IMG/VR virus record: IMGVR_UViG_3300011977_000034
Location: 1 to 36,233 of that record
Source: a virus
Length of the DNA stretch: 36,233 nt
Direction: 5' to 3' (one strand)
Shown here: one piece after another, positions 5,827 to 15,300 of the stretch
Numbering within the stretch: position 1 is the stretch's first letter
Layout of the letters: the number at the start of each line of letters is the position of its first letter
The notes under the pieces: generated by a model
Databases searched by the model: none
Told to the model about the DNA's origin: nothing
What the model saw: only the letters and a program-made list of their open reading frames with translations
Translations under genes and position numbers: made by a program

Positions 5827-7080
5827 TTATAGCTTTTCGTCCAACGAAGACACATGCTTCAAAATCTGCTGCAACGTAGATTCTTCGGTGTCTGGTTCAG
5901 GTGTTGGTGTTGGCTCTGGTTTTGGTTCAGCCGGCTGCGTTGTTTTCGTAAAACCATTTAAACCAGCAGCTTTAATAATTGCTGGGTAATCGGTGTAACA
6001 GTAATCCATATCACACTCGCCAATAATACCGGGGATACTTTTTTGCCCAATAATGTCATACTCTTCGTTACCAGCTACATTATACTGCCAAATGCCGTAT
6101 GGATTTTGATACGTGCATTTACTTGCGTACTGTGCACACCAGACCGTATAACGGCTTTTGATACTATCTGACAGGTAATTGTCTAAGTAGTAGGTACTGC
6201 AATACAGACCGGCATAGTATCCGGATTGCTCCAGCACACTTAAAAATGCATCTACTATTGCAGAACAAGCCGCCTTGCCTAATGCAAATTGTTTTGCAAG
6301 CTCCAAGTCCATATAAACCGGATACTCAAACGATTTACCTTTGATGGTCTGCAAAAACACCTGTGCTTCACGTTTTGCCTCGTCTGCTGACATCGCATAG
6401 CTAAACCAGTACGCACCGCATGGGATTTCCAAACGCTTACAAGCTGCATAGTTTCGTTCAAATTGCGTGTCTACCTGAGATGTTTCCCTGCCGTATCCAG
6501 CCCGTAAAATCGCAAAGTCAACCAGTCCGGATGCTTTTGCAGCGTCCCAGTCAATCTTGTTTTGACAGTATGACACATCGATGCCTTTTAAAATACTTGT
6601 TGTTTCTGTTGTCTTTTTGATACCAAAATACTTGTAAAAATCCTCTGTAACTGTGCCGTTTCCCTTTGTTTCATCGCCCAACCAGCGGTATCCTGTCCGC
6701 ACATCCAGATGTGTGTACTGATAACTACTTGTGATGTTGGCAATACCGCCAAAACCTAAATCCTGTGCTTTGCAACACACCGTCTTGCTGCTGATTGGCT
6801 GTCCGTCCTGCCCATAGCAGCAAACATCCGCAGCCGTACCTTTGGTATGCTGACCGCTGCTTGTACCGCCAACCGCCTTGTCATGCTCCTGGCAGCGGTA
6901 GCCGCTTGTCACAATGATTTTGCTACAGTTCAGGGCGGTGTAGAGGGTTTCCAGCTTGTCGACCAATTCAGATGCAATCAAAGTTTCATGTGATTGTCCG
7001 CACTGACACCGGAATTCACGTGCATTGAAATGCGGGGAAAGCTGGGTATTATCGTTATAATCATAATGATTCACTGACAT
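5827..7080 (-). CDS. Two-domain endolysin: N-terminal peptidase M15-type (Zn D-Ala-D-Ala carboxypeptidase-like) plus GH25 muramidase
   Basis: The N-terminus LSPHFNAREFRC...VTSGYRCQEHDKAVGG...GQHTKGTAADV is M15A-like. The middle, GIDVSYCQNKIDWDAAKASGLVDFAILRAGYG...YWFSY...YMDLE, is GH25-like. The C-terminus is a PEPT-rich linker plus 20 aa. Confidence 0.9.
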   Translation of the reverse strand: MSVNHYDYNDNTQLSPHFNAREFRCQCGQSHETLIASELVDKLETLYTALNCSKIIVTSGYRCQEHDKAVGGTSSGQHTKGTAADVCCYGQDGQPISSKTVCCKAQDLGFGGIANITSSYQYTHLDVRTGYRWLGDETKGNGTVTEDFYKYFGIKKTTETTSILKGIDVSYCQNKIDWDAAKASGLVDFAILRAGYGRETSQVDTQFERNYAACKRLEIPCGAYWFSYAMSADEAKREAQVFLQTIKGKSFEYPVYMDLELAKQFALGKAACSAIVDAFLSVLEQSGYYAGLYCSTYYLDNYLSDSIKSRYTVWCAQYASKCTYQNPYGIWQYNVAGNEEYDIIGQKSIPGIIGECDMDYCYTDYPAIIKAAGLNGFTKTTQPAEPKPEPTPTPEPDTEESTLQQILKHVSSLDEKL

Positions 7081-7094
7081 CCTATCACCCTTTC

Positions 7095-7505
7095 TTATTT
7101 GTCCTTTTTCTGTAACAAATCAATTGCTTTTCGGAGTGGTTCGGGGAACTGCACACCCATCAAACCTACGTTTTCAACCATTGAAATCAATTCATTCGCC
7201 ATGAATGCGATACAAACACCATCTCTCACGTAGGACGTATGCAGGACAGCATCCACCTGCACGGCAACCACAACAAGTGCAAGCGTTGCAACCTTACGGC
7301 ATAAACCTTTCCAGCCGACTTTAGATTGCAAGCCGCCTGATTCTGTTTTCGGGGACTTCTTAAAAATCCCTGCACAAGCTAACCCCATCAGGTAATCAAT
7401 CGCCATAAAAACCAGTAAGGCTCTGATTGCTGCATCCCAGCCGCCAAACAGCCCGGCAATCAGACCGCCGACCGTTCCGACCATCGCACAAAACCATTCT
7501 TTCAT
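7095..7505 (-). CDS. Holin (Phage_holin_4_1 / LL-H-TcdE type)
   Basis: The motifs AIDYLMGLACAGIF...LQSKVGWKGLCRKV...IAFMANELISMVENVGLMGVQFPEPL are characteristic. Hydrophobic helices are present. Confidence 0.9.
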   Translation of the reverse strand: MKEWFCAMVGTVGGLIAGLFGGWDAAIRALLVFMAIDYLMGLACAGIFKKSPKTESGGLQSKVGWKGLCRKVATLALVVVAVQVDAVLHTSYVRDGVCIAFMANELISMVENVGLMGVQFPEPLRKAIDLLQKKDK

Positions 7506-7714
7506 TCGGTCGCCTCCTCTTCACTATCACCGTCGATGCTGACGTCCGGTTCTTCTTCCGTTTCTTCCGTCGGTGGTTCTCCGTCCGGCGTAATCGTAAC
7601 CGGCACGTCCTCCAAATCTTTTCCGCCGTCTAAAAATTCTTGCAATGACATCAAAACGCTGTCATTTTCTCCGAGTTGCATTCCCGTTTTATAATTTGTA
7701 TATCTTATGTACAT
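7502..7714 (-). CDS. Hypothetical 70-aa protein with an acidic tail, coupled (ATGA) to the holin gene
   Basis: AAAGGAAGG precedes ATG 7714. The translation begins MYIRYTNYKTGMQLGEND and ends in a D/E/P/T-rich tail. Confidence 0.55.
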   Translation of the reverse strand: MYIRYTNYKTGMQLGENDSVLMSLQEFLDGGKDLEDVPVTITPDGEPPTEETEEEPDVSIDGDSEEEATE

Positions 7715-7718
7715 AAGC

Positions 7719-8678
7719 TTAACCTTCCTTTGTAAGACCCGATACTGTCCATCCGTTTGCAACCAATGTTGCGACAGCATCATCGGATGCAGCCGTCCGT
7801 TTCATTCCGGTTGCTGTAAACTTGCCTGATTTGACACCGCTTGCGGCAAAATTTATCAAATTTGCGTCCATATCGGCTGGTGTGACAGATGTTTTGGATA
7901 TGCTAATATTTTTAGGATATTTTGTACCAGAACAGACGCCTGTGATGTTGGTGCAACCGTCTAAATTTAACCAATTTGTAATTTTACCACCTAAATTGGA
8001 TAAGTCACCTGTGATGTTGGTGCAGTTGCTTAAGCTTAGCGTATTTGTAATTTTACCACCTAAATTGGATAAGTCACCTGTGATGTTGGTGCAGCCGTTT
8101 AACCTGAGCGTATCTGTAATTTTACCGCCCAAATCGGATAAGTCACCTGTGATGTTGGTGCAGTTGCTTAAGCTTAGCGTATTTGTAATTTTACCGCCCA
8201 AATCGGATAAGTCGCCTGTGATGTTGGTGCAACCGTTTAAATTTAACCAATCTGTAATTTTACCGCCCAAATCGGATAAATCTATCTTGTTTGTAGTATC
8301 GTTTTGGATTGTAAAAGATTCAATGGTATCACATTCAAGTGTAATCAGCCCATTGTCTGATTTTACATCAAACGTGCAGCTGCTCCTCTGTACTTCCCGT
8401 CCGCCATACTGCCACGTGATGTTTGTGCCACTTGCTGTTGCAGTAAGTGTTCCTTTCCCGTGTCGGAATTGGATGGTTTCCCGGTTTAGTTGTGCAATAC
8501 TTGCATTCAGTGGTGCAATTGCGTTGCTAAGTGTTTCCTCCGTCACGCTTCCACTTAGCCGTTCAACGATTCTTTCCAAAAATTCTTGCACTCGTGTGAG
8601 AGGCTTTGGCATTGGCACGTCATCTCCGGCTGCCTTTGCCAGAAATTGCTCTTCACGAGTCAACGGCTTTTTACTCAT
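7719..8678 (-). CDS. Tail-fibre-module protein with five 23-aa Cys-containing leucine-rich-like repeats (319 aa)
   Basis: GGAGGGAG precedes ATG 8678. The N-terminus has a duplicated PLTR.E/QEFL motif. The repeats are DLSDLGGKIT(D/N)(W/T)L.L..CTNITG, five copies. Confidence 0.8.
   Translation of the reverse strand: MSKKPLTREEQFLAKAAGDDVPMPKPLTRVQEFLERIVERLSGSVTEETLSNAIAPLNASIAQLNRETIQFRHGKGTLTATASGTNITWQYGGREVQRSSCTFDVKSDNGLITLECDTIESFTIQNDTTNKIDLSDLGGKITDWLNLNGCTNITGDLSDLGGKITNTLSLSNCTNITGDLSDLGGKITDTLRLNGCTNITGDLSNLGGKITNTLSLSNCTNITGDLSNLGGKITNWLNLDGCTNITGVCSGTKYPKNISISKTSVTPADMDANLINFAASGVKSGKFTATGMKRTAASDDAVATLVANGWTVSGLTKEG
7939..8283. repeat. Five tandem 69-bp repeats (in-frame coding repeats of the LRR-like protein)
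   Basis: Repeat units start at 7939, 8008, 8077, 8146 and 8215 (hand indexed). Units 2 and 4 are nearly identical. Confidence 0.95.
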
Positions 8679-8856
8679 TTTCTGTTTCTCCCTCCGGCAC
8701 ATAATTTTCCATTGCCTGATTGATTTCCGACAAATCGTCCTCTGTGAGTACTCCTTTTTCGTGCCATCCTGCAGCATTAAGGATGATTTGATAATCTGCC
8801 ATTTTCCCAATTGCGTCCAAAAAGCCTTTTTTTACAAAGTCTCTCAAACTAAACAT
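8671..8856 (-). CDS. XkdX-like small tail-fibre-associated protein (61 aa)
   Basis: The segment AAGWHEKGVLTEDDLSEINQ resembles the XkdX pattern (W..G.IT.E....I). It is located directly after the fibre gene. Confidence 0.6.
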   Translation of the reverse strand: MFSLRDFVKKGFLDAIGKMADYQIILNAAGWHEKGVLTEDDLSEINQAMENYVPEGETENE

Positions 8857-11012
8857 TATACATTACTCCCCATAGATAATATTGCAGCAGTAGCAGTCTG
8901 CTGCGGTAATACTTGCTGTCCATTTACAAATACCATGCCATTATTTGCATTCGTGTAAGGGAAATTACTTTCGTCACTCTGTGTAATCCGAACCATACTA
9001 TTTGCACCAGAATAAATGCCTTTTGTAGTACTATTGGTACAGCTGTAAATTTTTGCGTCACCTTGTCCGGTTACATAAACAGCATACTGTGCATTGCCTT
9101 TAAATTCCGTACCAGAACAGCAAATGTTCGACATATCAGAGACACCAACTGCATTTTTAGAGTTGGCATTCACCACACAATCAGAAATCCGAACTGTTCC
9201 ATTATACTGTGCAATGATTGCGGTTGTGGATGTGTTTGCAGTATCGCTGTCGGTGTTGTCAATGGTGACTTTGGACAGATGCAAAAATCCATTTTCACAG
9301 ACAAAATTCCCTTGAATGGTTGTCGTCGCTGCGGCATCGCCATAAATCCGAACATCTCGACCAAGCAGGGTCAATGTTTTGTCTGGAATGGGATAAGTTC
9401 CAGCCGCCAGATAAATCATGGCTTTTCTTGCATACTGTGCAAAATATAAGGCTCTTCTTAGGGTTTGCAGGGCTTTTGCTTCTGAAGTGCCATCCCGTGC
9501 ATCTGAGCCAGTGTCAGCGTTTACATAAATCGTCTTTGTTTCAATGCTGCCTTCTGCAATTTTTTTCACGGTCGATAAATTATCCGGAATGCCACCTATA
9601 GTCAACACAGAACAGCCATCGTTACCATAAGCACCGATTCCAGAGCCAGTGTAATCAATTCTTGCTCCCTGATTTGCCTGAATGCCGCCGATATGGCGAT
9701 ATTGACTTTCGGCGTTGGAGATGACGGAAAATCCGCCATACTGCACCCATTCCCGCTGAATGTCGCATAGCCGCACTTGTGCAAAACTATTTCGAGATTC
9801 CACCCAATAGAACGAACAGTTTTCAAAATTGGCGATGGTGTTATACATCGTGAACACGCTGCTATTCCCTGTGAGGTCGATGTCTTTCCATTCCAAATTG
9901 CAGTTGTAAGCGAAAATCGCATTCTGAATTTTTGGCAGGTCGCTTGCTGTACCGTAGGCTTCAAATTGGAGCGTTCGGCGATACAGCTGAATGCCAGTGC
10001 CGTATTCATTGCTCTTGTCCGTGGCGGTGTAGGTTTGCCCTTTCTTCAGGCAGATAATCGCCTGCTGGTAGGCGTTCGCCAGTACAAGAGCACGGTCGAT
10101 GGTCTGCACAGCAGTGGTAGTCGTTTTTCCGTTATTGGTATCTGAGCCAGCTTCTGCGTCCACATACAGCCGTACCCGTTCGCCTAATGTCGAATTGACG
10201 GTCGCTGTGGTTGTGCCGGTTTTGTCGGTGATTGTAATGGTTGCTCCAGTGTCCGTTTCGGTAACTGTAGCAATCGGAGAATAACCGTCCACGCCGTCTT
10301 TTCCATTGATTCCGTTTGTTCCATCCTTACCGTTTACGCCGTTTTTGCCGGGCGTTCCAGCGTCGCCTTTTTCTCCTTTTTCGCCACGTTCTCCCTTTTC
10401 TCCGGGTGTTCCTGGTTCGCCACGTTCTCCCTTTTCACCGGGTGCTCCAGGCTCGCCCTGGTCACCTTTTTCGCCTTGGATGCCCTGCAAGCCCTGTTCT
10501 CCAGTATCGCCTTTCTCGCCCTTCAAGCTTGACAGCCATTCGGCTTCCGTGCCAGTATAACCGTTCTCAACAGCGATTTCATAGGCGGATGCTCCGTCCG
10601 CCCCATCGTGTACCGAAGCAATCTTTTCATCAATTTTTGCAATCAATTGCTGATACAAGTCCGGCGTTGGCGGAACAACTTCAGAACCAGAGCTGCTGAA
10701 TCCGGATTGCTCAATCCGCAGCTTGATGGCGGCAGTCGTTGCTCGCAGAGCCGTTTCATCGTCTGGAGCATAACCAAACAGGCTCATTTCTGCACAGCCG
10801 GCTTGCAATTCTGACGGCATTTTGCAGGAATAGCCATCTACACCAAGCGAAATATTATAGGTATTTTCGCCTTGCATAAATTGCACAACTTTATACAAGC
10901 CTTCCCATTCATTGTCAAACACGAATCGAAAAGATACAAAGGCAATCTGTCCATCTGCCAATTTGTCCCGCTCGATGCAATCAATCTGCTGCTTTTTTAC
11001 CAAAAATTTCAT
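8856..11012 (-). CDS. Tail fibre / BppU-like baseplate protein with a collagen-like triple-helix segment and two tandem beta-helix modules (718 aa)
   Basis: GGGAGGAGG precedes ATG 11012. SAYEIAVENGYTGTEAEWLSSLKG is followed by 26 G-X-Y triplets. The cap motif YV.A..GSD...G....A.QT..RAL.........L..G.TY occurs twice. Confidence 0.9.
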   Translation of the reverse strand: MKFLVKKQQIDCIERDKLADGQIAFVSFRFVFDNEWEGLYKVVQFMQGENTYNISLGVDGYSCKMPSELQAGCAEMSLFGYAPDDETALRATTAAIKLRIEQSGFSSSGSEVVPPTPDLYQQLIAKIDEKIASVHDGADGASAYEIAVENGYTGTEAEWLSSLKGEKGDTGEQGLQGIQGEKGDQGEPGAPGEKGERGEPGTPGEKGERGEKGEKGDAGTPGKNGVNGKDGTNGINGKDGVDGYSPIATVTETDTGATITITDKTGTTTATVNSTLGERVRLYVDAEAGSDTNNGKTTTTAVQTIDRALVLANAYQQAIICLKKGQTYTATDKSNEYGTGIQLYRRTLQFEAYGTASDLPKIQNAIFAYNCNLEWKDIDLTGNSSVFTMYNTIANFENCSFYWVESRNSFAQVRLCDIQREWVQYGGFSVISNAESQYRHIGGIQANQGARIDYTGSGIGAYGNDGCSVLTIGGIPDNLSTVKKIAEGSIETKTIYVNADTGSDARDGTSEAKALQTLRRALYFAQYARKAMIYLAAGTYPIPDKTLTLLGRDVRIYGDAAATTTIQGNFVCENGFLHLSKVTIDNTDSDTANTSTTAIIAQYNGTVRISDCVVNANSKNAVGVSDMSNICCSGTEFKGNAQYAVYVTGQGDAKIYSCTNSTTKGIYSGANSMVRITQSDESNFPYTNANNGMVFVNGQQVLPQQTATAAILSMGSNV
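10284..10520 (-). repeat. Collagen-like G-X-Y repeat coding segment (26 triplets)
   Basis: The translation is GEKGDTGEQGLQGIQGEKGDQGEPGAPGEKGERGEPGTPGEKGERGEKGEKGDAGTPGKNGVNGKDGTNGINGKDGVDG. Confidence 0.9.
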
Positions 11013-12034
11013 GCGGTTTCCTCCTCCCAAGTTTTCGTTTCTTCGTTGAAAATCCAGTTCCCATCGCTGCAAATGATTTTGGATAGCACGTCCTCATGGT
11101 CAGCACCGTGCCTTGAATCCCAATTCGTGCCTTTTTCAATTGCATCCCACTGTGCTTTTGTGCCTTCGTAGGTGATTTCGGTCAGGCTGGAGCAGTAAGT
11201 GAGCATGCATGTTCCAATTTTCGTGCAGTTGGCAGAAATGGTTAAACTGGTTAGAGCAGTGCAACTCGTAAAAGCAAATCCACCAATCAGGCTGCTTTCT
11301 ACTCGCACGGTAGTCAATTTTTTACATTCACTAAAAACATAGCTTTCCCATGTTGTTACGTTGAATGGAATGATAACGTCTGTAATTGCAGTATCGCAAA
11401 ATGCATATGCTTCAAGTGATTTTACAGTGCTAGGAATTGTCAATTGCTGCAATCCGTGTCCAATATCAGATGTATTCACGGAAATAAAGAATGCTCCAAT
11501 TCCAATTTCCGTCAAAGAAGATGGTAAGGAAACTGCTTCTGCGTTTGGGCAATCTTCAAACAGCCCGTTTCCAACTCTTGTAATACCATCTGAAATCGTG
11601 ATTTTCTTAATATTGATATTCTTATAAAAAACGGAGCGTTCGCTTGACACATCTGTTACAAAGATAATCCCTGTTCTGTAATCATACGTTGCACCTGTGC
11701 CATACAAAGCCGCTTCTCCGTCATCGCAAATTGTATAATACACATCGTTGCCGCATTTTCCATACTGCAAAATGGTTCTGCCGGAAGCCTGTTCCAATCT
11801 GGCTTTGATTCTGTCGAGTTGGTCTTTTCTGGATTGCAATGTATTTTCCATATTTTGTATGGATACTTTTAGAAGAGATAATTTTGAATTTTTCAGGCTT
11901 CCTTGAATGGTATTTGGCTCTTCCGGAAGATTCTGCAATTTTTCCAGAGCAAGAGCAATATTTTCTCGCACATTCGTACCCCAAAGATTGTTTTGAATTT
12001 CCTGTAATTCGGTTGTAATTGCAATATCTGCCAT
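11009..12034 (-). CDS. BspA-type leucine-rich-repeat (LRR_5-like) protein with an N-terminal coiled coil (341 aa)
   Basis: The repeats are ITISDGITRVGNGLFEDCPNAEAVSLPSSLTEIGIGAFF...LTIPSTVKSLEAYAFCDTAITDVIIP...YVFSECKKLTTV...FAFTSCTALTSLTI. The start has a TAATG overlap with the upstream gene. Confidence 0.85.
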   Translation of the reverse strand: MADIAITTELQEIQNNLWGTNVRENIALALEKLQNLPEEPNTIQGSLKNSKLSLLKVSIQNMENTLQSRKDQLDRIKARLEQASGRTILQYGKCGNDVYYTICDDGEAALYGTGATYDYRTGIIFVTDVSSERSVFYKNINIKKITISDGITRVGNGLFEDCPNAEAVSLPSSLTEIGIGAFFISVNTSDIGHGLQQLTIPSTVKSLEAYAFCDTAITDVIIPFNVTTWESYVFSECKKLTTVRVESSLIGGFAFTSCTALTSLTISANCTKIGTCMLTYCSSLTEITYEGTKAQWDAIEKGTNWDSRHGADHEDVLSKIICSDGNWIFNEETKTWEEETA

Positions 12035-12327
12035 TAAGCATGCACCACCCACTTATTTGCAATTTTTTGCAATGCAGAACACTGTTCTTCAAGTTCTTTC
12101 ATTTTATCGTTCAACGCCGTTTGGGCATCATAAACTTCTTGGATTGCTGTATTTGTTTCTGTAATTTTGGTTTCCATTGCAGCAACCGATTCGTTTGCGG
12201 CGGTGACATCATCGCTGGATGCTGCCTTGCCTGCCAGCGTTTCCATGCCGCTTGCAATGTTGGTTCGCAGTTCTGAACCGCTGCTGGTTTCTCGAATGAC
12301 TGCAATATTACTGGAAATATCAATCAT
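12034..12327 (-). CDS. Hypothetical coiled-coil tail protein (97 aa)
   Basis: This is a tracked ORF with AAAGGAG as RBS. Confidence 0.7.
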   Translation of the reverse strand: MIDISSNIAVIRETSSGSELRTNIASGMETLAGKAASSDDVTAANESVAAMETKITETNTAIQEVYDAQTALNDKMKELEEQCSALQKIANKWVVHA

Positions 12328-12339
12328 AGAATCGCTCCT

Positions 12340-15300
12340 TTACGTTGCATATCGTTTTGCTGCTCCTTGTAACCGCCCCAAATCGGTATCCATATAGGGT
12401 GCAATGCCTTTGGACACTGCTTTCCCGTCCAGATTGACAGTGCTATTCACAGACACCCCTTGCATAGCGGATGCAATGCCTGTAATCAGGCGGTCATAAT
12501 CAATGAACATCACTTCCGTTGCGTTTACTCGTGCGGCTTCCTGTGCATATTTTTTGCTAATGTCATGCGGAATAACTTGCGAACCATTCGGCAGGTTGAC
12601 CAGTTCGCCTCGTCCACCTTCGTTCATGACAGCGAAGCCACCTGACCAATCGTCAGTACCGTGTGCCAGATAATCGACATATCCAATGGATACGCCCGGA
12701 ATTGCATTGATAATATCAATTGCAAAATTCAAGCCGTCAATGAAATTGTTGATTAAGCTTTTTGCTCCGCTGATTAAATTGTCAAAAGCCGTTCCAATGC
12801 CGTCAAATATGCCACCGACAAAGTCAGATAAGCCGTTCCAGAGGTTTTCAATGCTGTCCAGAACGTTTTCAAAAATGCCCTTTACCGTATTCATGACACT
12901 TCGGATTTTATCAGCAATGTTGTCAAAAATACCGGAAATCGTCTCTTTTAAGTTGGCGAAGAAACCGGAGACAGCATCGATGACATTGGAAATGGTTTCT
13001 TTTGCAGCTTCTACTTTTTCAGAGATCCAGTCTTTAATGGCAGAAACAATGTTTTGAATTGTTTCTTTGATGCTTTCAAACAAAGCAGAAACAATTGCAA
13101 TTGCCAAATCGATTTTCTCTTTGGTCTCTTCTACAGTATTTACAATCCAATCTTTTACAGTTACAACTGCATTTCCAATCCATTCGATTGCAGATTGAAT
13201 CCACCCCACAATAGAAAGTGCTGCTTTCAAAATCCATTCCACGATTGGCGTCAACGCCGTTATGAGGTCGCTGACAAATTGCAAAACCCAATTGATGATA
13301 GGCGTTATGATGGGAAGTAGAGCATTCACAACTTCCATTACCACTTCAATAATTTTCCCAATGATTGGAATGAGATTTTCTGCGATAACGCCCACAATCT
13401 TTGTAACAGCTGTCATCAGGGTTTCAATCGTAGGGGAAATTGCTTGAAACAGCTCACTGAGCTTTGTTCCAAACTCTTGAAACAGCGGCTTTAACGTATT
13501 GATTACCGTTTGTATAGCAGGCAAAATTCCAGAAAAAGCATCGGAAACGGTATTCCGAAAATCTTCACTGGTTGTATAGCAATAAATGAATCCGGCTGCT
13601 AAAGCTGCAATTGCTGCTACAACAAGGAAAACTGGCGTAGACAATCCGCCAAGAACAGCAGAAAGCTTAGAAAGCATTCCAAAGCCGCTGCTTAAAGTGG
13701 AAGCAACTTTCCCGATTCCGGAAATTGCTGTGCCGACAGCAGAAACTGCCTTTCCGGCAACCATCAAAGAAGGACCAACTGCCACTGCTGCCGCTGCAAT
13801 TTTCCCGAATGGTACGCCGGCATCTTGTAGCTCTTGAAATTTCTGCCAAAGGTCATCCACCTTATCCACGACTTTACCTATCGTTGTCTGTACTGTTGTA
13901 ACGTTTTCATAAATGGGGCTGAACAGCTCTGGCTGCGTGAGTTCCTGCAACTTTCCAATAATGGCATCTACTACGCCAGTGATTCCATTTTCGTTGAACC
14001 CAGCGGTCATGTCTGCAAATAAATCTGAAATTGTATTTGCCGCCGTTTGAATCATCGGAAATAAAGCAGTCCCAATGGTAATTTGAAAAGATTCAATCGC
14101 ACCCTGCATGTTCTCAATTGCACCGCCAACGCCATCTTTCATCTTTGCCGCTGCTTCTTCCGATGCATCGTCACATTTTTTCAGGCTATCTGTCATTTTG
14201 TCAATCGTTCCCGGCGTTGCGTTCATCATTGCTTGCAATCCGGAAAGAGATTCTGTTCCAAACATCGTTGCAAGTGCCTGTTCTTTTTCTTCATCGGTCA
14301 AATCCGCAGTGGCTGTCTGTAAATCAGATACAATCGTACTAATGGATTTCATTTTGCCTTCGGAATCATAAAAAGAAATACCGAGCTGTTCCATCGCCTC
14401 TCGTGCTTCGTCTGTTGGTTTGGACATAGAAACAAACATTGCCCGCAAGGTTGTACCAGCTTGAGAACCTTCCAAGCCAGCATCTGTCATAACGCCAGTT
14501 GCGGCTGCTAATTCCTCCATGCTAATTCCCAAAGAAGATGCTAACGGTGCAGCATATTTGAACGCATATTGCAAGTCGGATACGCCAGCGGCAGATTGAT
14601 TCGCAGACTGTGCCAACACATCTGCTACATGGGTCGCATCTCCAGCACTGTCTCCAAATGCTTTCATTGCGTTGGAAACAGTATCCGCTACCAAAGACAA
14701 ATCTTCTCCAGAAGCTTCCGCAGCAGAGATAATCCCAGGCATATCAGCGATAATCTGGTTTGCATCTCTGCCCTTTGCTGCCATTTCTGTCATGGCTTCT
14801 GCTACTTCGGAGCTGGAAAGTGAAGTTCTTGCACCAAGTTCCAATGCAGATCCCCGAAGGGCTTGCAGTTCTTCATCCGTTGAACTGGAAATTGCTCCAA
14901 CTTTTCGCATTTGCGTGTCAAAGTCAATCGCAGAATCCGTTGCTTTTTTTAGTCCAACTGTTGCCAATCCAGCGGCTGCCGTTTCTACGGCGGTAATTTT
15001 TCCGCCAAGGCTGCTCAGATTATCTCCAGCCGATTGCAATCCGCTGCCAATGGATTCTGCCGATTTTCCAACAGATTCCAACGCCTTACTTGCCTTATCG
15101 GAAAGGTCAGAGATGGTATTTAATGTGCTTTTGGCAGTAGAAACAATGCTTTTTATCGCATCAGGGACTTTAGAAGCCGCTGATTGAATTGCAGAAAATG
15201 CGGATTGGAACACGTGTTCTACAGTTCCGGCTACCGCAGATGCAAACGGCTTAATGGCGTTAATTTCTGCTGAAATAGTCTGGAATGCCTTGGATTCAGA

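Noticed and set aside
7939-8283. Regular 69-bp repeats that could be mistaken for a CRISPR array
   Set aside because: The units are contiguous with no unique spacers. They are in frame and encode a 23-aa protein repeat inside a long ORF.
7822-8958. 378-aa plus-strand ORF with repeated PPKLDKSPVMLVQ units
   Set aside because: It is the antisense reading of the 69-bp coding repeats and of the XkdX-like and fibre gene ends. It has no RBS, and its composition mirrors the minus-strand gene, which has a good RBS and fits the synteny.
10306-10560. Plus-strand ORFs rich in PFSP/SPF motifs
   Set aside because: They are antisense shadows of the collagen-like G-X-Y coding segment on the minus strand.
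13586-15187. Several 60-170-aa plus-strand ORFs inside 12340-15753
   Set aside because: They are antisense to the tape measure gene, whose Ala/Ser/Gly/Ile-rich codons keep the opposite strand open. None has an RBS or a recognisable motif.
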